The notes beneath the pieces are model-generated. The model was not told where the DNA came from and did not search any database. It was given only the letters and a program-made list of their open reading frames with translations. Of a stretch of DNA of 64,000 nucleotides, positions 37,193 to 45,269 are shown piece by piece (the first letter of the stretch is position 1; the number at the start of each line of letters is the position of its first letter). Made by a program: the position numbers and the translations under genes. Origin of the DNA: a virus; IMG/VR virus record IMGVR_UViG_3300047476_000521, positions 72,103 through 136,102 of that record; one strand, given 5' to 3'.

Positions 37193-37270
37193 GTTGCGGT
37201 GTGTCCGGAACGGTTACGGCAAGGTCTGCAAAACCTCTTCATGTGGGTTCGAATCCCATCCGCAACTCCA
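37193..37270 (+). tRNA. tRNA-Cys(GCA)
   Basis: GTTGCGG/CCGCAAC acceptor, loop CT-GCA-AA, U73, CCA. Confidence 0.87.
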
Positions 37271-37274
37271 ATTT

Positions 37275-37348
37275 GCTGGGGTAGTGTAGTGGTAGCACCT
37301 GAGGTTGTGGACCTCAGAGTCCAGGATCGATACCTGGTCCCAGTACCA
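37275..37348 (+). tRNA. tRNA-His(GTG) lacking G-1, with A73
   Basis: Loop TT-GTG-GA; base preceding the acceptor stem is T; discriminator A. Confidence 0.88.
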
Positions 37349-37403
37349 AATTGGTTGACTTTTATGTCAATCTAGGGTAATATATGTGAACAGTAAGAAT
37401 TAA

Positions 37404-37479
37404 TGTCCCTTAGCTCAGTTGGTAGAGCGCAGTCCTGATAAGACTGAGGTCGCTGGGTCGGAGCCAGCAGGGACAACCA
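37404..37479 (+). tRNA. tRNA-Ile(GAT), atypical T-loop
   Basis: Loop CT-GAT-AA; T-loop GTCGGAG; CCA. Confidence 0.88.
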
Positions 37480-37481
37480 GT

Positions 37482-37598
37482 TATCCCGTTTTCTAGATAC
37501 ACGGGAGAGACCTAACGAGAATAACAGCAGGGAAAGCTCGTGAATATCGGATTGTTGACTGCTTTAGCTAAAGGGCTAAACCGATAAGGTGTATGGAA
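37482..37598 (+). ncRNA. Putative ncRNA J
   Basis: TCCCGT/ACGGGA, ACGAG/CTCGT, TATCGG/CCGATA, TTTAGC/GCTAAA stems; possible ATACAC/GTGTAT long-range pairing. Confidence 0.45.
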
Positions 37599-37601
37599 TA
37601 T

Positions 37602-37693
37602 GCGTGGACGGCAACGACGGTGGTGTTGCGACGGACTGTAAATCCGTTCCCTTTGTGGTAACATTGGTGGTTCGAATCCATCTCCACGCACCA
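37602..37693 (+). tRNA. tRNA-Tyr(GTA)
   Basis: Type II cloverleaf, loop CT-GTA-AA, CCA. Confidence 0.9.
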
Positions 37694-37699
37694 GTTTAT

Positions 37700-37773
37700 T
37701 CGGGGATAGTTTAATGGTAGAACGTCAGACTTTGAATCTGATTGTCGGGGTTCGAGTCCCTGTCCCCGATCCA
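37700..37773 (+). tRNA. tRNA-Gln(TTG)
   Basis: U1-A72, loop CT-TTG-AA, CCA. Confidence 0.92.
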
Positions 37774-37819
37774 AAAAAGAACTTGACTTTGTGACTAAAT
37801 AAGTTACAATATGTTATAT

Positions 37820-37895
37820 TCCCGTGTAACTCAGTTGGTAGAGTAGGTGACTGTTAATCACTTTGTCGGAGGTTCGAGTCCTTCCTCGGGAGCCA
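37820..37895 (+). tRNA. tRNA-Asn(GTT)
   Basis: U1-A72, loop CT-GTT-AA, G73, CCA. Confidence 0.92.
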
Positions 37896-37963
37896 GTTTA
37901 GGTTGGTCGCTATAAATAGACTCGTGAGGGCCCACGGTTAGTCCTCTCTTTTGGAGAGAGAAA

Positions 37964-38251
37964 ATGAAAAAGATTATCTTATCGTTATCATTGTTTCTTG
38001 GTTTGAGTATGCAACCAGCAAACGCCCAGTATTGGGGAGGTTATGGCTACGGTTATGGTTATAATGCTGCTGCTGGTTTAGCTATTGGTGCTCTGGCTGG
38101 AGCAGCTATCGCTAGTGCTGCCAATCCATATTGGAATTATGGTAGACCAGGATATGGGTATTATCCTCCGTATGGTGGTTATTATGCTGTCCCTGTTGCT
38201 CCTCCTGCGTATTATTATCGCCCAGGACGTGCATACTACTACGGTTACTGA
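37964..38251 (+). CDS. Secreted Tyr/Gly/Pro-rich protein
   Basis: Signal peptide MKKIILSLSLFLGLSMQPANA; AAAGLAIGALAGAAIA glycine zipper; TATAAATA at 37911-37918. Confidence 0.7.
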   Translation: MKKIILSLSLFLGLSMQPANAQYWGGYGYGYGYNAAAGLAIGALAGAAIASAANPYWNYGRPGYGYYPPYGGYYAVPVAPPAYYYRPGRAYYYGY

Positions 38252-38252
38252 T

Positions 38253-38663
38253 ATGAAAAACATTGTTATTGCTCTCATGTTGGTATCAACTCCAGCTGCA
38301 GCCAGTAATTATAACATTGATGTTTGTAATAACTGTAATATCAATGTTCAAAAGAAAGTTATTAAAAAGGTTGTAAAGACTGTTCCTGTTGCAATTGAGT
38401 ATGTTCCTGCTGGTCCTGGACCAATCAGTTCTACCATTGCAGTTCCAGTAGCAGTTCCTGTTCAACCTGTACCGTTGGTTCCTGTATATAACTCTGTACC
38501 AACACCAGAAGCATCGAATATCTATTCGCCTCCAGGATATCCTACTAACGTTCCTGTGGCAACTTCTGGTAACTGTGCCATGTATATTGATCCTTATGAT
38601 TTATTTGGTCAACTTTTTGGTGGAGCAGATTTAGTTCAGAGTTGTTTAGTTCCAGCGTATTAA
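38253..38663 (+). CDS. Secreted Pro/Val-rich protein
   Basis: Signal peptide MKNIVIALMLVSTPAAA. Confidence 0.65.
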   Translation: MKNIVIALMLVSTPAAASNYNIDVCNNCNINVQKKVIKKVVKTVPVAIEYVPAGPGPISSTIAVPVAVPVQPVPLVPVYNSVPTPEASNIYSPPGYPTNVPVATSGNCAMYIDPYDLFGQLFGGADLVQSCLVPAY

Positions 38664-38664
38664 T

Positions 38665-38740
38665 GCCGGTATAGCTCAGACGGTAGAGCAACTCACTTGT
38701 AATGAGAAGGTCGTGGGTTCGACTCCTGCTGCCGGCACCA
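38665..38740 (+). tRNA. tRNA-Thr(TGT)
   Basis: Cloverleaf, loop CT-TGT-AA, CCA. Confidence 0.95.
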
Positions 38741-38741
38741 T

Positions 38742-38816
38742 TGGGGATTAGTTTAACTGGCAGAACGTCTGACTCTGACTCAGGTAGTTGAGGTTCGAAT
38801 CCTTGATCCCCATCCA
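38742..38816 (+). tRNA. tRNA-Gln(CTG)
   Basis: U1-A72, loop CT-CTG-AC, CCA. Confidence 0.92.
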
Positions 38817-38824
38817 AAAGTTAA

Positions 38825-38898
38825 GCGGTAGAAGTGTTACGGTAGCACGATAGGCTTCCACCCTGTAAGCGTGGGTTCGACTCCCACTTACCGCTCCA
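38825..38898 (+). tRNA. tRNA-Gly(TCC)
   Basis: GCGGTAG/TTACCGC acceptor, loop CT-TCC-AC, U73, CCA. Confidence 0.92.
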
Positions 38899-38937
38899 GT
38901 TTTGATTTAATTCATCATGATAAAACGGAGATAGATA

Positions 38938-39342
38938 ATGGGCAAGTGTTATACGAATGTAGTGGCAGAACCTTTCACTAACGAAATCGGTCAGACTATT
39001 AATCCTGGAGATGAGGTAGTAGTTGTTACTACTGGTTATTCTCATAGAGTTAATGTTTATACTGCTAAGTTTCTAGGAGTTCGTCGTAATAAAGAAACCT
39101 ATGAATTCGTTGGTACTTCCGTAGGAGATGTTCCTTCTACTAGGACTCGCATTGTTTATTCGTCTGATGGCGAATACGAAGAAATCAAGTATGGAGACTA
39201 TGATTGGACGACACAAAAAGGCTCACAAATTAAAACTGGCCGAAGATATTCTTTTGTTCGAGAAGATGTTATGACTAGGCGAGCTCTATATTGTAATCGA
39301 ATTTTTAAGATCGGTACTCAGCTTGCTGATGTTAGAATTTAA
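38938..39342 (+). CDS. Hypothetical protein
   Basis: GGAG RBS; 134-aa ORF. Confidence 0.6.
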   Translation: MGKCYTNVVAEPFTNEIGQTINPGDEVVVVTTGYSHRVNVYTAKFLGVRRNKETYEFVGTSVGDVPSTRTRIVYSSDGEYEEIKYGDYDWTTQKGSQIKTGRRYSFVREDVMTRRALYCNRIFKIGTQLADVRI

Positions 39343-39385
39343 TTCTTGACTTTATCGCAATTAAGCGATATAATTACTGATAATT

Positions 39386-39407
39386 GGAGGGATCTTCCCT
39401 CCTTTTT
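39386..39407 (+). terminator. Rho-independent terminator-like hairpin
   Basis: GGAGGGA-TCT-TCCCTCC-TTTTT. Confidence 0.6.
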
Positions 39408-39421
39408 CATTGGGTAGATCG

Positions 39422-39835
39422 ATGACTCGCGACGATAAGTATATGGCCTTTACTCGTCGAATGGCTATTTCCAATAAAATGAAAATGAAACTCGCTGCTT
39501 GCCTCGTTATCCAAAACGAGGTAATCAGCATAGGATATAACTCTGATAAGTCTCATCCCCTGCAAAAAAGATTCTCCAAGAATTCAGAATCAATCTTTAA
39601 GCACGCAGAGATTGATTGTATCGTCAATGCGCTCAAACACATTGACGCTGAAGATATGAAGCGTGCGACTCTCTATGTTTATAGAGTAAAAAAGAAACAG
39701 AAAGGAGATAGTGGGTGGGTTGATGGAAGAGCAGAACCTTGTTCAGGATGTAAGAAAGCTATCGAACATTTTGGAATTAAGATGGTTGTGTATTCCACAG
39801 ACGATCCTGGGATGTATGGGATTGACTACGCCTAA
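39422..39835 (+). CDS. Zinc-dependent nucleotide/nucleic-acid deaminase (CMP/dCMP deaminase fold)
   Basis: HAE...PC..C motif; IG.N; LYV.R. Confidence 0.85.
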   Translation: MTRDDKYMAFTRRMAISNKMKMKLAACLVIQNEVISIGYNSDKSHPLQKRFSKNSESIFKHAEIDCIVNALKHIDAEDMKRATLYVYRVKKKQKGDSGWVDGRAEPCSGCKKAIEHFGIKMVVYSTDDPGMYGIDYA

Positions 39836-39843
39836 ATAATCAT

Positions 39844-40173
39844 ATGGGAACAGTAAGAACTAGAATTTCAAAGAAATCAGGACCAATTAGAACTACTACT
39901 TCTTGGGGAGGTGGCAGAGGCACAACTTCTTCCATGTCTTACAGTAATGGTAAGGGGATAGGTAGAACAAGAGTAACCTATTCTACAAATCAAAAGACAG
40001 GTAGATCTAGGTTCACTCAGTCGCAAAAGGTAGGCCAGAACTCTTGGTATACTACCAGTAAAACTACTGGCGGTTTCTCTAAGAGAAGAGGAAGAAAACC
40101 TAAGATAAAGTCTTGGTCAGAATTATTCTGGACTCTTGTTATCTTAGGCGTTATTATCCTGTTTGTGCTGTAA
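39844..40173 (+). CDS. Basic, Thr/Ser-rich protein with C-terminal transmembrane anchor
   Basis: R/K/T-rich body; LFWTLVILGVIILFVL tail. Confidence 0.55.
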   Translation: MGTVRTRISKKSGPIRTTTSWGGGRGTTSSMSYSNGKGIGRTRVTYSTNQKTGRSRFTQSQKVGQNSWYTTSKTTGGFSKRRGRKPKIKSWSELFWTLVILGVIILFVL

Positions 40174-40816
40174 AGATATCGATAACTCTATCTACATATT
40201 GACCACGATCTTTCACAAATAGCTGTGGAGGTTCGTGGTCAACTGCTATTAGGATTGCTATTTGTGGGATCTTTATCTTATAGATCCATTCAAACATCAT
40301 AGAATATACTGTTGTCTGGAGGAAGTAGCTTTCAATCCACTCCTCCTTTTTTAATTTACGGCTTGTTTTAAAATCAATTACAGAAGGAACACCATCGAAC
40401 TCAGCAATGAGATCGCAACGTCCAGCTGTCTTAAGAGCAACAGAATATAATGGTAGCTCGATGCCTAGAATATTATCAACATGCTTATCTAAGAGCGTTT
40501 GAACACCTTTGAAAGCATCAATTCCAGAAGGCATAGCGCCCCGAAGATAGTTCTCTTCGTTGAGGACATAACGCTCTGCGATAGAGTGTACGGCGGTTCC
40601 ACGACGAGCAGCTTGTGTAGAAATTTTTTGAGCTTCCTCATGTCCTACTCTTTTCCTCCATTCGTGTAGTGCTGTTTTATCCATAGCTCCATCTAATACG
40701 GTTGTTACCGAACGGAATTTCTCACCGTTCGGTAACACATAATATCTCTTACCATCTATGGTAGTTGTATTAATGTCAATCTCTGGTACGAGATTGTGTT
40801 TAAATGTTTTTCTCAT
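40154..40816 (-). CDS. PD-(D/E)XK exonuclease
   Basis: SVTTVL, RGT.VH, E..LYS, AGR.D, IDFKTS, Y..Q...Y. Confidence 0.88.
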   Translation of the reverse strand: MRKTFKHNLVPEIDINTTTIDGKRYYVLPNGEKFRSVTTVLDGAMDKTALHEWRKRVGHEEAQKISTQAARRGTAVHSIAERYVLNEENYLRGAMPSGIDAFKGVQTLLDKHVDNILGIELPLYSVALKTAGRCDLIAEFDGVPSVIDFKTSRKLKKEEWIESYFLQTTVYSMMFEWIYKIKIPQIAILIAVDHEPPQLFVKDRGQYVDRVIDIFTAQTG

Positions 40817-41181
40817 AAGATATCCATTGTAAATAAAGCCCTAACAGGATAAAGTGGCGGTATTCTCTGTCTAGCGAATACCACGTAACCAAAATCATCT
40901 TCACCAATAACTTCTAGCATGGATGTTCCTGTCGTCCATACATCATCCACAACAAGACGATAAGTCTGATGTGTTTTCTCTGTTTCACAATATTTTTGTA
41001 GCGCAGAGGCAAGTTTATTTCCGCCTCTTGGTATTCCTACTACTTCGTGAAACATAATACGATCAGAAATCATCTTGGCAAGACAATCCCAATCATCATC
41101 CGTTAGAGCGTCACATTCTAATTTCCAATTTAGCTCATTACCAGAATGACTGGTGAACTTTCCTAGCTGAAATAAACTCAT
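40813..41181 (-). CDS. Type I phosphoribosyltransferase-like protein
   Basis: GIPRGG and PRPP-binding LVVDDVWTTGTSM. Confidence 0.8.
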   Translation of the reverse strand: MSLFQLGKFTSHSGNELNWKLECDALTDDDWDCLAKMISDRIMFHEVVGIPRGGNKLASALQKYCETEKTHQTYRLVVDDVWTTGTSMLEVIGEDDFGYVVFARQRIPPLYPVRALFTMDIL

Positions 41182-41942
41182 ACCACAATCCTCATCTTAT
41201 CTTTTAGAATTATATATTCTTTAACCAGAGCAGATCTAACAATATCTTCTGCATTAAACTCAATCAAATTAAAAGAACGCATACTCTTGATAACTCTCAT
41301 GAAGTCAGTCAATCCATTCTTCTCGTGTTCTCTTGTAAAGTCAGACTGGCGGAAATCGCCGCAGAATATGATCTTACAATTATGTCCTACACGTGTGATT
41401 ACTGAATCTAGTTCGTGAAGAGTAGCATTCTGCATTTCATCCACAATTACAATACAATCGTTGAGGGTAATACCACGAATAAAGGAAGTAGAAATAAACT
41501 CAACCAAGTTTCTCTGCTTTAGATACTCATAGGCATCACCTCTACCAAATAGCTCGGAGCATATTGCGTAGTAAGGAGCCTCATAAACCTTAGTCTTTTC
41601 TTTAGAGTTACCTGGCAGGAAGCCCATGTCTCTGGTGGGCACGACTGTACGCACGATAACGATCTTTTTAAAAGAACTGTCCGGATTATTAAGTATCTGT
41701 TTCAGAGAAAGATACATCGCCATGAACGATTTACCAGTTCCGGCTATACCATGTAACATTAGATTCTTTTCGTCAGCAAAAGATCTAAAAGCAATCCTCT
41801 GGTTATCTGTAAGAGGATCGAAATGTCTTAGGTTAAAATTTAGCTTTTGCTGTTGAGAACTTTCTTTTGTTTTTCCTTGTCGAAGAAGTCTTTTTTCTTT
41901 ACGAGTTAATCTTTTTGTTGGTTCTAGGATTTCTTCTTCCAT
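41178..41942 (-). CDS. phoH: PhoH-family ATPase
   Basis: G.AGTGKS, GFLPG, RG.T, DE.QN, GD..QSD, DIVRS. Confidence 0.93.
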   Translation of the reverse strand: MEEEILEPTKRLTRKEKRLLRQGKTKESSQQQKLNFNLRHFDPLTDNQRIAFRSFADEKNLMLHGIAGTGKSFMAMYLSLKQILNNPDSSFKKIVIVRTVVPTRDMGFLPGNSKEKTKVYEAPYYAICSELFGRGDAYEYLKQRNLVEFISTSFIRGITLNDCIVIVDEMQNATLHELDSVITRVGHNCKIIFCGDFRQSDFTREHEKNGLTDFMRVIKSMRSFNLIEFNAEDIVRSALVKEYIILKDKMRIVV

Positions 41943-41949
41943 TTTGCCT

Positions 41950-42195
41950 CTAAAATGTATGGATGGTGCTCCTGCTAATGCCTTTTTGATTACCCTTTTT
42001 AATGTGTTTAAGTAGGTCACGGAAACCATCATCAGGTTTACCCATGCCTCTACCAGAGTGTATCATTGGAGCGCCATTGACTAATTGAGTGATGTGTTTA
42101 TTCTCTTCAAGATAGACTTCAAGAGCAGAGATGCTCATGAATTCCTCATACTCTTCACCAGTTTCATCATTACGAAATAAATAAGTAGGGCACAT
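41950..42195 (-). CDS. FmdB-like small protein (copy 1)
   Basis: PTYLF.N.ETGEE.EEFMSIS...NGAPM. Confidence 0.6.
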   Translation of the reverse strand: MCPTYLFRNDETGEEYEEFMSISALEVYLEENKHITQLVNGAPMIHSGRGMGKPDDGFRDLLKHIKKGNQKGISRSTIHTF

Positions 42196-42196
42196 A

Positions 42197-42793
42197 TTAA
42201 GAATCCTTTTTCTTTCTTGCGGCTAACATTTTCTCTCTCCAAACAGGGTCTTTCCACAATTCTTTAATTTTTTCAGAATTTTTTCTCTTATGATCTTCTG
42301 TTTGTATTGCACCCTTTTTTGATTCTGATATTTTGTTTTTAGTTTCTTCGTCTCTGGATTTACCTAACCAATATTTACTAGGATTTTTCTTAGCAGCAAT
42401 TCTCATATTTTCTCTTGCTTTTTCAGAGGTAGTTGTTCCTTTTCTTGGGGGATTGGATTTACATCTTTCTGACACCCAAGGTTTAGGTTTTTTAGCAGAA
42501 TCGCTCATTCTTTTTCTTGTAATAGAAGAAATATTGGAAATTCCTTCGCCGCCATCAGTCATATTTAACAGTGTGCCATTACCTATGTCTCTTCTTCCAT
42601 ACCAATTAATATAAAATCTTTCTAAAGCAAAAGCTCCTATTTCTGTCAAATTTTTTTCCATTATAATAATTCTATTATGTTCTTTCGGTACAGGTATTTT
42701 ACCATGTTTTTTATATGCTCTATTACCTGTTCCTTTACCTATATAATAGGGATTTCCATTTTTATTAGAAATATATGCGTATATGTAATACAT
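42197..42793 (-). CDS. GIY-YIG homing endonuclease with NUMOD3 repeats
   Basis: YIYAY....G.PYYIGKG...R, E...I..YGR...G.L.N.TDGGEG. Confidence 0.88.
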   Translation of the reverse strand: MYYIYAYISNKNGNPYYIGKGTGNRAYKKHGKIPVPKEHNRIIIMEKNLTEIGAFALERFYINWYGRRDIGNGTLLNMTDGGEGISNISSITRKRMSDSAKKPKPWVSERCKSNPPRKGTTTSEKARENMRIAAKKNPSKYWLGKSRDEETKNKISESKKGAIQTEDHKRKNSEKIKELWKDPVWREKMLAARKKKDS

Positions 42794-42856
42794 AGCTGTG
42801 TCCTCCTAGACATAGAGTCCGCGGAGCGCCAACTCGTGACGGACACAACTATTTAT
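42794..42856 (-). promoter_or_regulatory. Late promoter plus structured 5' leader (motif copy 1)
   Basis: ATAAATA-GTTGT-GTCCGT-CAC-GAG-ttggcg-CTC-C-GCGGAC-TCTA-tgtctaggaggaca-CAGCT-ATG. Confidence 0.65.
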
Positions 42857-42890
42857 GATTCTCAAGTTTTTAAAAACTTATATGTTGGCA

Positions 42891-43112
42891 TTACTTACCT
42901 GTTGAATCTAAGAAAGGTTTGTTTATCGAAGTAGAATCTTTGATCTTCTTCATTGGTGTGTTCTTACCCATGGTACCAGTGACCATGGGCGCACCATTGA
43001 GGAGAAGTTTGACATGAGGATGCTCTAATAGCTTAGATTCCATTTCTGAAATGGACATAAGCTCTTCCCATTCTTCTTCGGTTTGTGTGTTGAGAAACTT
43101 ATAGATAGGCAT
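42891..43112 (-). CDS. FmdB-like small protein (copy 2)
   Basis: MPIYKFLNTQTEEEWEELMSIS...NGAPM, paralogous to 41950-42195. Confidence 0.6.
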   Translation of the reverse strand: MPIYKFLNTQTEEEWEELMSISEMESKLLEHPHVKLLLNGAPMVTGTMGKNTPMKKIKDSTSINKPFLDSTGK

Positions 43113-43324
43113 TAGCAAACTGCCCTAGATGGGATGACAGGTTTCCAATCAGTAGAATCTGCGACTGGCGCTGCAGTTGTATTTCTGGGGATATACTTGG
43201 GAGTCTTCTTTTCGAAAACTGTCTGTAGATGTTCACGAATTGCTTGCCACTGAGCCTCCGTTGGAGGCTCACCGTTAATCTCAGCAAATCCCTGTAGCCA
43301 ATAACAAAACTGTAAAGGTTCCAT
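43112..43324 (-). CDS. Hypothetical protein
   Basis: F.YWLQGF.E....PT..QW..I..HL..VF motif. Confidence 0.6.
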   Translation of the reverse strand: MEPLQFCYWLQGFAEINGEPPTEAQWQAIREHLQTVFEKKTPKYIPRNTTAAPVADSTDWKPVIPSRAVC

Positions 43325-43551
43325 CAGTCGTCCTCTTCAATAATATGCCCACGAGTAGTCCCTGCGCAAATCTCAGAGATGTCAAAGTCATCATCGTCTT
43401 CTTCTAGAAGACTAGAGATATCCTTGGTACGTAGAGCACGTTCCACACGCTTTTCCTTATACTTATTAACACGATTACGAGGGTCTTCATGATACTCTTC
43501 ATGATCCGAATAATCGTTCTTCTTAAACTTCTTTAGTGCTGACTTGCTCAT
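43324..43551 (-). CDS. Hypothetical protein
   Basis: Coupled ORF. Confidence 0.55.
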   Translation of the reverse strand: MSKSALKKFKKNDYSDHEEYHEDPRNRVNKYKEKRVERALRTKDISSLLEEDDDDFDISEICAGTTRGHIIEEDD

Positions 43552-43967
43552 TCTGCGATTAGTCCTGGTAGTGCTTCTTTAACGTGTTGAACTGTGATGC
43601 CTGGAAATGGCATCTTCTTATCCTTCATTCCTAGGACAAGCTTTGCATCGTCTGGATCTAATCTTTCTAGGAACTCAACAAACATAGTCTCTCGCTTTGT
43701 CTGGTTGAGCGTAGGATGAAATCCTTCGACGAAATACCTAATCTTATCAGCTTCCTTGTGGAACACATGCTGCTGATCAACAAGATCGTTGGGCTTATAT
43801 GGGGGTTCGCCTTCTGGCAATAGAAACTTTACGTTTGGATCGAAGATTGCTTGTAGAACAATTCGTAGAGCAAATGTATCATTAGCCTTTAGATTGTCTA
43901 CCTTTTCTTGCGTCTTCTTTAGTTTTGAAACCTTGTGTAGAAATTCATACATTCCAAGGACAGCCAT
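43548..43967 (-). CDS. Conserved T4-like hypothetical protein downstream of rnh
   Basis: F.LPEG.PPY, KRE..F...LE.L.P.DA. Confidence 0.7.
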   Translation of the reverse strand: MAVLGMYEFLHKVSKLKKTQEKVDNLKANDTFALRIVLQAIFDPNVKFLLPEGEPPYKPNDLVDQQHVFHKEADKIRYFVEGFHPTLNQTKRETMFVEFLERLDPDDAKLVLGMKDKKMPFPGITVQHVKEALPGLIAE

Positions 43968-43976
43968 TTATATCTC

Positions 43977-44834
43977 CTAAAAATCACTCAAACAGTCAGT
44001 AAGGTTTTTGAGTTTGTTTGCTATAAAATAATTTAGTAGTTTGCTACGATCGCGATTTGACTGTGCGTCAAACTGCTCCATAACCTTCTCACGAATGAAG
44101 TCAGGAGTAAAACTGAGATCGATTAGCTTTGCGTTACGAGAATAATTACGGGCAGTAACTGTATCCATATCTTCTAGATCAGTTCCCATAATCTTTTCCA
44201 TCTTCTTTGCTGTCAGTGGTCTCTGGCGATCGCCAACAACAAAAACATTATCAGGGGAAAGGACGTTAGGAATGCCATCACCAGCATCTCCCTTTAGGAT
44301 ATGTTCGTGAAGAAAACGTTCCGGATCCTCGTGAGAAACCCACTTCTTGCGGGTAGGATCATACTGTCTTACATTAGGATAAATGTGCAATTGAATGAAA
44401 TCTTTATCGCCTGATAGAATGAGAATTTTCTCACCAGTATTTAGCTCTGAACTAAACTCAGTGACAAGAGTTGAGATGATATCGTCTGCTTCTGCAGCTT
44501 CAACATCAATAACTCGGTAAGGAAAATACTCCTTTAGTTCTGCGCGAATCTTGTTAAGGCATTCGAACAGAGCCTTCCAATCTAGCTCAGACTTTTCAAG
44601 GTTCTTCTTTCGGTTTGCCTTGTAATAAGGAAACACCTGCTTGCGCCAATAATTGGTGTTATCACAAGCAATAATCATTTCGCCATACTCGTCACCGAAC
44701 TTAACCTTATACGAACGGAGAGAGTTTAAGATCATATGGCGAACCATATTTTCTTCTAGCTGAGCGTTGGTATGGTTACCAAGCTGCATTAGAAGATTTG
44801 ACAACATGACCTGATTCAAGTCAACAATAATCAC
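43977..44834 (-). CDS. rnh: T4-type RNase H (5'-3' exonuclease)
   Basis: YWR...P.YK.NR, EADD, S.DKDF.QL, GD.GDGIPN. Confidence 0.93.
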   Translation of the reverse strand: MIIVDLNQVMLSNLLMQLGNHTNAQLEENMVRHMILNSLRSYKVKFGDEYGEMIIACDNTNYWRKQVFPYYKANRKKNLEKSELDWKALFECLNKIRAELKEYFPYRVIDVEAAEADDIISTLVTEFSSELNTGEKILILSGDKDFIQLHIYPNVRQYDPTRKKWVSHEDPERFLHEHILKGDAGDGIPNVLSPDNVFVVGDRQRPLTAKKMEKIMGTDLEDMDTVTARNYSRNAKLIDLSFTPDFIREKVMEQFDAQSNRDRSKLLNYFIANKLKNLTDCLSDF

Positions 44835-44842
44835 AATTTCAC

Positions 44843-45229
44843 CTATTCTGTTTCTTCGTCTTCTACAGTTTTTAGTTCGAGTTCTAGTTTATTTACAATC
44901 TTATACGCACCTTCCTCTTTGGGATGAGGAATAAAGATTGCTTCTGCTACTTGCTGAAAAGGATGGTGCATATCATAGTGTTTTAGCATTAGAGAACGTA
45001 ACGCTTCAACTATAAGAGCGCCATCCTTAATATCATGATCAACATCGTCTTCAATGAGACCAAATCCTGCGATATCTAGCTGGTTAAAAATCATAGGAAC
45101 AAGGTTTTGAATCGTCTCTTGGATATGATAATGCCTCATCATGTCCATGTTATGTTGGATATCCTCTAGAGTTATTCCCTTTGTATCCTGTTTTCCCTTG
45201 GGAAAAGTTACAACATTATTCGAAGTCAT
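44843..45229 (-). CDS. Hypothetical protein
   Basis: NNVVTFP N-terminus; HPFQ motif. Confidence 0.6.
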   Translation of the reverse strand: MTSNNVVTFPKGKQDTKGITLEDIQHNMDMMRHYHIQETIQNLVPMIFNQLDIAGFGLIEDDVDHDIKDGALIVEALRSLMLKHYDMHHPFQQVAEAIFIPHPKEEGAYKIVNKLELELKTVEDEETE

Positions 45230-45269
45230 GATAATATATTACCTTATAATATTATTATTGTCAATATAT

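Noticed and set aside
32690-37950. Hammerhead, pistol or HDV-like ribozymes, RNase P RNA or a CRISPR array in the tRNA spacers
   Set aside because: I could not find the conserved catalytic cores or regularly spaced direct repeats by eye; a covariance-model search is still needed.
32566-39045. Numerous 60-150 aa ORFs overlapping tRNAs (e.g. 32566-32835, 33046-33273, 34013-34336, 36688-37137)
   Set aside because: They are shadow translations of tRNA or structured RNA sequence with no RBS or protein motifs.
41943-42032. N-terminal extension of PhoH given in the ORF track
   Set aside because: It overlaps the upstream gene; a GAGG RBS supports the ATG at 41942.
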